A DNA stretch of 60,581 nt, filler included, from Dimargaris cristalligena (lineage: Eukaryota), in assembly GCA_003614675.1 (NCBI GenBank). It is 10 parts of 10 records of this genome, joined end to end, with 100 filler letters (N's around TTAATTAATTAA, not from the genome) between each part and the next. Parts side by side here need not be neighbours in the genome. Positions count along the whole stretch, not along the records: positions 48,614 to 54,549 come from ML003568.1; positions 54,650 to 60,581 come from ML003569.1; 8 more parts are not named here. One strand, written 5' to 3'. A model generated the notes under the pieces. The model had not been told where the DNA came from. It saw nothing but the letters and a program-made list of their open reading frames with translations, and made no database searches. Positions 50,728 to 60,581 of this stretch are shown here, one piece after another. The translations under genes were made by a program, and so were the position numbers. Numbering within the stretch: position 1 is the stretch's first letter; every line of letters begins with the position of its first letter.

Positions 50728-53700
50728 AACCGGAGTGCGGGGAAGCAGTGTGGGTTACCAAATGGTTGTATCAGGTTATTTTTTACAGAGATAGGAGGAG
50801 AAGAAAGGGCACCAAAATAATAGATCACTCAAATCATGCAATGCAAGGAAGGGTGGATACACCGGGAGTGTGGGTAGAAATATAAATATAGAGTGAATGA
50901 AGTGTGGGGGTTGCCGGGATCGGGCGATAATCACTGAGCTGGAGCGAGTTAGCAGTAAGCCCCAGGACTGAGCGGGGAAAAGAAGCAATGCAGGGGGGGG
51001 ATAAAAAGAAGGAGTGATATATCGTAATATATATGTATGTTGGTCCGCGAAGAGCGAAAGAGGGTTGTATGAGGCGGCAGTGAGAGGATTAATAAATCAG
51101 GTGAAGTACCGGGGGGTGTATGGAGAGGAAGTCCAATGGTAATTCGGGAATGGGCCGAGAAAGGAGTAACACGAACAAAAGGATTTGGGATCTTGTCCAA
51201 TGATACGGATGGCTTGGGGACCTTGTGCACACGGGAAAAGGAAGAGGAGGGGCGGCGGCGCTCGGGTTGGCTGGTGGGTACAGCGGACTGGGGCGGCAGG
51301 CGAACTATAGAAGATTGGCAAGGGTGACAGAGGTGTCCCGAGTCGGGGGCAGTAAATGGGTATGATCAGGCGGGGTGTCAAGCGCAGTGTCGATACGGCG
51401 GGCAATAGTAAAGGGGAGAAAGTAGAGCCAGAGAGAGAGAGAGAGAGAGGGGAGCCTGCGAGGGAAAGGGAAGGGAGGGGAATCCGGGAGGTGGGCAATG
51501 CCGATAATTGGTGGAATTCGGGTGTGGCTTGTGTTAGCTTAGGCGGAATATGGAGGGGGGAGTCGCTGGTTATTATAGAGAGCACCGGATACGAGTTAGG
51601 TAATACACAATGGGGTACGAATATAAGAGAGGCGAGGGAAACGGGGGCAATAAATAAGACGAAGAGTTTCAGTAGAGAGATACAAAAGGGGGCCGAGAAA
51701 GCAGACCAAACGACGCTAAAATGGGGAAAGGCGATGGCAGCGGAGTCGCTGGATAAATGGTTAAGCCAAAGCAGGGCGAAGATAATATATATATATGTAC
51801 ATGGTAATTTTTAGATTCGAAAATCACAGAAGGGCGCGACAGGGACCCGTTATATACAGAAGGGGAGGAAAGGGGGGAGGGATCACCGCCGGCGATAATA
51901 ATGAACTGGAGGAGGAGGGAAGAGTAAATCTCACTCGGGGAGCAGGCCAGCGAGAGGGAAAAGAGAAACGATGGAAGCCGCTGAGTGGCCGATGGGAAAG
52001 AGGGGAGTACAACACAGCGAATGGCTGGGGGGGTTTCTAGGGTGTTTAATAAAGCAACCGACGATCCCGCAGGCGGACAGGCCATTTCACTACAACCCTA
52101 CCCTATCTCTTCTACTCGGCCCTGGTGGTCGTCATTTCGAACTAAAAATACCGCCCTGCTTCTACCAAACCCCTGGTCATCAGCTATAATACTTTACAGG
52201 CTGGGTGTGCTCCAAACCGGTCGAGGAATGCCTGTTCGCACTCTCCATCTATTCAACACGACGGCCCAGTGGGGTCAAGATAACCTAAAAGAAACTCCAT
52301 AGCTAAGTCGACGCAAACATACTATTACTGTTGGAACAGCTGGAGGCGACAACAACAGCTGGTATTTTTGATATCCAAGTAATTGCACGACACCGCCGGA
52401 CCATGGTGCTCCCCCACTGGCCTATCAAGTCGCAAAACCCCGTCTGTCGCTCGTTCGTCCCACTCATTTACCAACTGTTGGGATACAGTGGGGTCGAGAT
52501 AGTCCCCCCTAATTGGCGAGCAAATGGCGGGCTGGCCGGAAGAGGAGAGGGGCGGTTGACAAGCAATCCTTTTATTTTATTGCCACGGCCGTGGTTAGCG
52601 TTGAAACTTTTGAACTCCGGTATGCTCCCAACATAAACAGGGATCGGTCATTCAATTCTGGCGATCTTGTATGTAAGTTGGCCAACACCCCCTCGCCATC
52701 CCCACTTGCTCTCCTCTCCGCTTTTTCCCCTTCTTTCTCCAAATGACGAACCCCCAATCGCATATCTCATCCTCCTCCTTCCCTTCTCTTTACTCTCTAT
52801 TTCCAAATAGATTGGCTATCGGGCGGACAGTCTTGGCCGCATCCTTAGTATATATTATTAGTAACTATAAAGTGGTCATGAGATAGGCCAAGCACAGTAG
52901 ATGAATAAAGAGCCGTCCGTACATTTACACCCCTCTCTAAGATAAAATAAAGACAGAGGAAAGGCAGAGGGCGAAATAAAAAGTCAGCGTACAGAGGGAT
53001 ATGCTCTATTAACCGAGTGGGTATCTCACGTACTCTAATATACTGGACCAGCCACAGCCATAGTTGCTGTGGGCGATGGGATCGACCGATTGCAGGGACT
53101 GGGATCTCAGATCCCTCACTGCCGAAAATACAAGAAAGCGGGACGGGGCATAAATCCGTCAGTTTGCCCTCCCTCTTCCTCCAATACATTCTCCCTTTCC
53201 CTGACGCTCCGTCTCCCCCGCCCCGCTTCACTTACCCATGGGGAAAACACCTTAAGTGTGCGCGCGTGTGTGTGTGGGGGGGGGTCAAATCCAACATATA
53301 TCCGCATGTCTGAAATGAGTTCACCCAACCAATCCACCGGGTGTGGCTGGGACGTATTGGTCCGACAAGGTTCACCTAAATGGGCATTAAATCCGTATAG
53401 TAAACAATTGATTTGGTATACCTCGTTACTGTTCTCCAGAAAATTGGACCCATCATCACGGCAGAGCCTTGCCATGGCTAAGAGGGGTGCCATGGACCAA
53501 AGGCCCTTCCCCTGCTTCTCATCGACTAAAAAAACGTCTTAGTCTAGGGATGCTACCAATTTCATCTCCGCGATAGCGGAAACCCATTATATTGGACTTA
53601 ACCCGTATAGCCCCAACCAAACTAACGGACTCACACTCCTGGCCTTCATTGAAAATTCTAATTGAAAGTCCATGACCAGCCACTGTTTTACTATAATCCC

Positions 53701-54549
53701 TCCCCCCCCCCATTATCGGCTGATCATTCATACCGTAGACCCTTCACTGGCTCTTGACTAGCTGGAACTCTATTCATGTAACACCCCCTAATGGCATTTA
53801 CAGAGCCGCTTTCTTCGCACTCCCACTACATCCCTTTTGGCCACTGTAACCCCCCCTGTTAGGAGGCGTTTCGAGATATTCTAATTCCAGTAGTATCTTC
53901 CCTTTTTCGTCGCATTTTTTTGCGCCCGAGTGGTAGTTGTACTGTTCTAGGTTCCCGCACCCCGACAATCGGCCAGGTCATCTGCTTAACGGAATGGAAT
54001 TCGGTGGGAAATGCAGCTACCCACATATCCTTTAGGAAAGGGCGCGGGAGTTTCCGCCCAAACCCCAGGCCCTTGATATGGGGCTAGTGTTAATCACCAA
54101 ACGGCTCTACTCAAATATGGTATTACTAAATTGCATATTCCCCAAAATTATCGTACCGGGGTTACCCCCCCCACTCCTTCTCACCTCGGCCGGCTAAATG
54201 AGTTGTAAAATTTTGTGGACAGTCTCTTGTTCGTGCCACCAGTCTTTGCTTTTGGCTGGCGGTGGTCAAGAATAACACACCGAGCCCTCGATATGAACAA
54301 GACGCTCCAGTTCAAATAATAAGTGGGTCTAATACAAAAACAGATTTATCGGCGCTAACGTATGCATAATTTGGGTATCGATTAACAAGGTGTGCCTTTA
54401 GTTGCCGGATTAACGGGAGTAATCCGGGGAATGTGAATCTACTGGTCAGCGGTACCATAAGCATTACTATATTTTTATCATAGTAAAGGCCGATAGGGAA
54501 AGAAAAGGGAGAGGGAGCATGGTATTAATCGACTCTTAACCTACTATCA

Positions 54550-54649
54550 NNNNNNNNNNNNNNNNNNNNNNNNNNNNNNNNNNNNNNNNNNNNTTAATTA
54601 ATTAANNNNNNNNNNNNNNNNNNNNNNNNNNNNNNNNNNNNNNNNNNNN
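54550..54649. other. artificial contig spacer
   Basis: N run with TTAATTAATTAA. Confidence 0.97.
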
Positions 54650-54822
54650 ATACACCCCCTGCCCCTGACTGGATGATACCCCTGCATTCACACTGCCCCT
54701 GGCCTAACTGCTTGCCCATGGCTTTTTATTCAACATAAACCAAAAACAACACCACTTCTTATTCTTCTAACATTTTTACATATTTATCTCCTATTTCTTA
54801 GCTAACGGGTCGATTATAAGCC

Positions 54823-57806
54823 ATGAAGAAGGCTGTTACTGATGCCACGTCCACTATGGCAGTCACCTTTAAGTTGGCCAAACTTTGGTGGGAAGGCATC
54901 ATTTTGGCGGTCGGCTTGGCCCTGTTGTTCCAGGTTTCCCCTCCCGACGGTTTCCATATGCATCCGATGGGGATGACCTTGGTATACCTCACTACCGTCT
55001 CTTTTTTAATTGTGCGTCGCTACCGCTTGGGCCACCACTTGGCCAAACCACATGGAAGCAAGGGTAAGACCACATCCGGCCGAACAAGGATAAACATCTA
55101 GCATATTACCTCACTCCACTATCCAAGTTGATTAAGAACCCTAACCTATATTGTATTGCTTGACATATGTTAATCATCCATTTTTGTATTGCAGGATTTT
55201 GGTCGATTTATTACGGAATTCCTATTCAGCCGAATGGTTTTGGAATATCCTGGCTATACGCCATCCAAACAGTGATGGGGATAATATTCATATTTATGTA
55301 CATCGAGGTCGCCTTAGTCCTATTCGCCACTTACATTGACCCTGCTTCACCGGCGGACTGGCATCCCTGGCTCACCTCGGCAATAATTCAACAGGTCGCC
55401 CTTGCCTTCTCTGTCGGGTTCTACCATTTTCTGTACTCCGAGGCCGATGCTCAGTCTATTATCCAAAAGAAGCCTGGTCTGTTTCCCCACTGGCTACAGC
55501 TCTGGATCGTGGCGGCTGCTTTTCATGCCTGGGAGCTCTACCAGATTTTAATGGACGGTCAGTACTCGAAAAATAGTCGCCTTAATGCCTATTTATTTGC
55601 ACGCTACCTGACACTTAGTATAGTAGTCGCCAAGCTACTGTTGGCCATTCTCAGCGTAGCTATCCCAATCTTTACCATGTGGTATCACACTGTGGGAATT
55701 TTCTCGGCAGCCGACTCACCCCAGGACCCGAGCACATCGAAAGACAGGGGGAAGGGATCTATTGTGGGGATAAATGTCTCGGATTATGATCCTTGTCCCC
55801 ACTACTCGGTATGGGTGGCCTATACCCGCATGTTTCGCGTTGTTTATGGCCTGATGTTTCCATTGGACGTTTCCTTGGCTTATCAACTAGTATGGAATTG
55901 GATGTTCGAGTTCTGTATTCAATGGGTCCAGATCCTTGAACCAGGTTGCTATAAGATCCTTCTCGACTCGTTGGCTAGCCATGAATTGGTCTTCCCCATT
56001 TTAGCTAAATACGGTGCAGTCTGTATGTTCAATGCAACATTGAGGCAATATGGCCACCGCCCTTCCACCCTCGGAATACTCATCCAATCGAAGTGCGGGG
56101 TGTTCGTCTTCTCGGTCATGCAGGCCAAGTCAATGCATTTTCACACCAAAAACAATGGTAGATACATTCCACTAACTAACTTCTCTGCCACCAAGGGGTT
56201 GAGTGGCTTTGTGGAGCTCGTTTTTGTTAATTTAGGCCCCACCCTGTTGGGGATGCTGGTGTCTGTATACCAGCTCCATTGGTTTTACAATCCGTACTTT
56301 ATGACCCTCTCTTTAGCCATGGGTATATGGGATTTCATCACATCCATTGTAATCCAACCAACTCGTAATAGGACATCCTGTCCCACATCTGATCCAATAA
56401 CGCAGGGACTCCGTGATTGCCGCTCTGCCTTTGACAAGTCTTCCCTGGTGAAGCAATATGCAGGTGAAAAGTTTCACATTAATAGACATCAGGAGTCCAT
56501 TAGCAAGGAGGCTAACGGACCTACAGGGGGCTTCAGCATGCTCAGCCCTTTGGCGACCTTTGACATTCCCCAGATGATCAAGAAGCTATTCCAATTTATA
56601 GGTACCATTATGTGCCTGTGACTTCTTGCCCGGGGCGAAATGAAATCTACTGATATTATGCTCTTTGTGACCCATTTTCGCGTAACCTATCGCCCCTTGT
56701 CACAATTGAGCACACTCATCTACCAGATTGTACAAGTCTATGAACATGGCCATGACCTTATTTGGCTTATTGATAATCACAGTGATATCTGTGACCCTGA
56801 CGAAGCCGCTACCGATTGGGATATTTCTGATGGCACCATTGAGTTTAAGGACGTTTATTTCGGCTACAACCCTAAGCGCCCGGTGCTAAAGGGAATCGGC
56901 TTTAAGGTCCAGGGTGGCACCACCACGGCGATTGTTGGCGAGACCGGTGGGGGTAAAACTACAATAACCAAATTAATTGCGCGCTTTTACGACGTTAGCC
57001 AGGGGAATGTCACTATTGACGGGGTCGATGTACGCCATGTAAAGCAAAAAGACCTCCGCAAGTCCATTTCGATAGTGCCGCAGGTAAGTTATTATGTTTG
57101 CTATAATTTTAGTATAATTATATATTTATATGCATTTTCATGGCCATTCATCTAGTATAAATTTCACTAATACCGATCTGTTCAGCTGTGTTTTCTCTAC
57201 TTGAATGGTATTTGCTCTAACCATTCGCCTTCTGCCTTCGATTTATTTGCCCGACCTGTAAATTCGGATTGAAAGAATGCTAATATGCTGTATTCAACCA
57301 TCCGGTATAACATTCAGTACGGGTTAGCCTCCACCAGCATGAGTGCCACGTTGGAAGATGTCCACGAAGCCGCTCGTAAGGCGCAAATCCATCAAAAGAT
57401 CGTATCCCTTCCCAATGGCTATGATTCGGTAATTGGCGGATCAAGCATTAGGCTTAGTGGTGGAGAGCTGCAGCGTATCAATGTTGCGCGGGGTTTGGTA
57501 CGACCCCACAAAGTACTTCTTCTGGACGAAGCCACATCGGCCCTGGACATGATTACCGAGCGGAAGGTCCAGGGAGCGCTCAAAGACGATAACCAGGGTA
57601 AAACCTGTGTGGTCATTGCCCATCGCTTGTCTACCATTATTCACGCGGACCAGATTTTAGTAATCCAGAATGGAGGAATTGCCGAGCGGGGCACATTTGC
57701 TGAGTTAATTGCCGTCCCCGATGGTGTCTTCAAAGGGATGTGGGACTCTCAAATGAACACTTCCAAGGAATCCAATACCTCGATAATCTTGGAGTCTTCC
57801 GTGTAG
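54823..57806 (+). pseudogene. HMT1/ABCB6-like ABC half-transporter with in-frame TGA at 56619-56621; exons 54823-55063, 55195-57083, 57276-57806
   Basis: N-terminal membrane extension plus TMD. NBD has GETGGGKT, VPQ, LSGGE, LLLDEATSALD and IAHRLST. Splice phases are consistent (887 codons) and one internal stop is present. Confidence 0.8.
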
Positions 57807-59348
57807 GGCGCTATAGAAAGCAACTGTCCTTCTATTTCTGTATGTTTTGGTTTGATCAACAGTGGTATTGTTGAAAGATATGTCCCAATGGGTGTATTAT
57901 TATATCACATTTCTGACTAATTATGGCATTTTATTTAGTTGTTATTTGTCTTCTCATTTTACTTATTTGAAATTACCCCTACTAACTAGACAAACTAACC
58001 ACCTAGAGGCATGTATCTTTCTCTAGCTGTCTTCTTCCCTTTCACCCAGTTTCATTGATACCCCTTTAGTATTCCTAATAGTACCATTGGCTACCCCTCC
58101 CTTCAGCTAGATTTTGAATAGTGGAACCTCTAATTATCCCTTGCACATAGTTACAGAAATACTGGGTAACTATACCATTAAGCGCAGGCACATTCCTATC
58201 GGTCGCTAGAAGCAACTAAAACCCACAGTTAGAGTGCAATATTGAATCTTTGGATAGAAATGTACATTTACTACTAAGCGGCCCTAATCCAGATACTATG
58301 GCTAGGCCTTAATCAGCTTGACCAGAAATTTCCTATTTGGCTACGAAAACGTGACCTATAGAGCAAAAATAAAATAAAATACTATTACAACCTGCTTACT
58401 GACGAGCCATATACCATACCCATATTCTTTTATAAAGTTACCTCGGTCGAAACTGTCTATAACCCAATATATACATGCTAAGATAATGTTGGCATCTTGG
58501 AAACGGGGAAGGGCTATTGCGCCCACGTTAATGCCTGTTAGGGTGTCATCGTAGTTATGTGTAGATGGAATAAATGGACAGGATGGTGAAAGTAGATGAC
58601 ACGGAAGGAAAGGGCAGAATGGGATGAACTATATCTAGTCTTTATAGTTTGTTAAGCACAATAATGGTTAATTGATCAAGATGTAAATAAACCGGTTGGG
58701 TGATCCCGGCGGCTCATTTCTTGACCAGAGGAAATGCAGCATTGAATTACATCCAAAGCAGACGGGAAATCCGATAGATAAAATTTGAAGAATAATACGA
58801 GAAAATAGGCTGAGTAATCGGACTATCTAGCATAGCAAAAGGAGTGGTGCGAGAGAAACTGATCGGCATTACACCACCAATTTCTTTGAGAAGCAGCAAC
58901 TCAATTTGTATTACAATGGCTTGGCCCCAAACTCGAATGACAATTCCCATTATATCACGAAAATTGAGGGAAACTCAGTGGATAATCTTATAAGCGACCT
59001 GCATCGGCAGCTTGTAGAGACTATGCTGTGCTTGCCACCCGCAAGGCAGCTCGACCAGAGACAGGAGTGAGGCGAGGAAAGGGGGATAGGTCGACTACCC
59101 CGACTCTGTACAACTAAGAACTGGCCGGCTATAATTATAGGACCAATCCCTTTATTATATTACAAGGACGGAAGTAGTAGGAGGGTGGAGAACTGTTGGT
59201 GGCCAATTAGTGACCACTCATTTACGATAAATCGAGAAGTGCCCACTGAGACTGTAAATATGATTATCTGCGGTACGACGAGTTCAACGATACAAAAGAC
59301 CAACAAGGAGCCTACCCAATCCAACCTAGCAATCAATTGCCGAACAAC

Positions 59349-59358
59349 TATATAAATA
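59349..59358 (+). promoter_or_regulatory. TATA box of small secreted protein gene
   Basis: TATATAAATA about 180 nt before the ATG at 59536, followed by a CA/CT-rich leader. Confidence 0.5.
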
Positions 59359-59535
59359 CCCCAGACAGCGCCTCATTTCTAATCAGTATCCACATCATTT
59401 ACACCCCACTCTATTTACACAGCCCTAATCACATAGCACTATTTCCCCGACATTGAGGAGTTTACAGTTCTTCTACTCCATATTCTGATTACATTATTAA
59501 CAGCTTCATCACACCTCTCCTCCACCACCCCCAGC

Positions 59536-59838
59536 ATGGTTCGCTTTAAACAACTGCTCATCTCCGTCGCGCTAATCGGGGTCATCCTGCTGACGGCCTC
59601 GCCCATACCGCAACCTCGTCCGGCCGTATGAAAATAACTAAATAACCAACTCACTAAAGCTAAAGAGAAATCGAAATCGAAAGATATCTTCAAAAATATC
59701 AAAACTGCCATAAAAAGACCAAAAACTCAAGCCACCCCCTCCGTGAAGAGTAGTCCAGGATCAACCCCCGAGAAAAATGAAGACCGTGTCCCGTATTATT
59801 ATTTGGAGCCGGCAGGTCCCCCACCAGCTGCCGTGTAA
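59536..59838 (+). pseudogene. small secreted Lys-rich protein, 100 codons with two in-frame stops (59629, 59635)
   Basis: MVRFKQLLISVALIGVILLTA-SPIPQPRPAV*K*LNNQLTKAKEKSKSKDIFKNIKTAIKRPK…PPPAAV*. Clear signal peptide, and the frame stays open for 66 codons after the stops. Confidence 0.6.
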
Positions 59839-60581
59839 AAACTGGCGGGCCAAGACCAAGTCCCTGTGAATGGAGGTAAGGATATGGTCGCCCCTAACGG
59901 GATAGCTAATGGGGCCACTACTTCCACATTGGGAAAGGCTGACTAAGCCATACGTCCTGCCATCAAAATAAGTGACGATGTCGTAACATGTTATTAAGAA
60001 CAAGGTCGGTTGTGCCGCGGATATCGTAATGAACAAGGCCGGTCAAACCACAGTCCCTATGCTGGAGAAATTTCGCCAATCCCCTTTTTTGACAGTAGTT
60101 CTCTCCGCAGAGTGGAGATATATTAGCGGGTGTTTGTTTGATAGGCCGCAATAAGGGCCAGTGTACTCTAATGGTCCAGCAATTAGTTGGGGCCAGCCAA
60201 ACATCATAGTAGTAGCTTATCATCTCCGGAAATCATGTTTCGATTACTCTTGCAACTTGAACATGTACATTTACTAAACCTTTTTACCTTTTTATTTTCA
60301 TCTTGATTGTGTAATGCCGAGACCCGGTGGACCGGTTAGGTCGGGGATTACGTCATGGGGGGAAAAAGCCGGGAAAATCGGCGGGAGGTTCGAACCACTA
60401 TCAGGGATCTCGTTATTGGGAGATTGTAGTGGAGCCAATGGTGGGGTTGTAGAAGCGCTTTGCAGTGAGAAAGACATTGTGGTTTTTTTTACAAATTTAT
60501 TTACTAAAAAGAAATAGAGCAATGTGAAAATAATAGACTAAGTGAAATATAAGAGAATTGAAAATAATGTGTGAGGAAAAT

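Noticed and set aside
51097-53542. 100-160 aa ORFs upstream of the GLI-like gene
   Set aside because: They arise from GA/CT-rich low-complexity leader or promoter sequence and have no coding features.
6031-54649. Nine identical N-TTAATTAATTAA-N blocks at about 6-kb spacing, and any gene-cluster reading across them
   Set aside because: Artificial six-frame-stop linkers between roughly size-sorted contigs. Neighbouring genes on different contigs are not linked.
56619-56621. Selenocysteine UGA in the ABC transporter
   Set aside because: It lies in a membrane region of a non-redox family, and I see no SECIS-like element.
31822-59637. Stop-codon reassignment as an explanation for in-frame stops
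   Set aside because: All three stop types occur internally, and all three terminate intact genes (SF3B1 TAA, BI-1 TAG, RSAD1 TGA).

Overview
This is not one continuous locus. It is ten unrelated contigs of about 5.9-6.0 kb joined by artificial 100-nt N spacers that contain TTAATTAATTAA. The DNA is eukaryotic, with GT-AG introns and CTAAC branch sites. It is most likely fungal, and the gene complement (RSAD1/HemW, TMBIM6-type BI-1, Tyr-type GST, 4-finger GLI-like factor) suggests a non-Dikarya lineage; this is inference. Recognisable genes are a 4-exon Sel1/HRD3-like 5' end, tRNA-Asp(GTC), RSAD1/HemW, an Lpx1-like peroxisomal alpha/beta hydrolase, SF3B1, MON2, an MTFR/PRR11-like proline-rich protein, Bax inhibitor-1, a GST, DBP6, a GLI-like C2H2 factor and an HMT1-like ABC half-transporter. 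The strongest unusual signal comes from two repeat pairs shared between contigs. They differ almost only by strand-coordinated CpA->TpA (TpG->TpA) transitions, on top of kilobase-scale CpG loss. That is a RIP-like genome-defence footprint in a lineage where I do not know RIP to be established, and several genes also carry transition-type premature stops. Other highlights are an unannotated 45-aa secreted peptide precursor (…NNR-IIWGSGW), a structured orphan C/D-box RNA candidate, a TAG at the conserved GST Trp, and an Asn at the SF3B1 K1071-equivalent position. Two contig-end inversions that restore reading frames point to amplification (MDA-type) chimeras, so single-base lesions need checking against reads.
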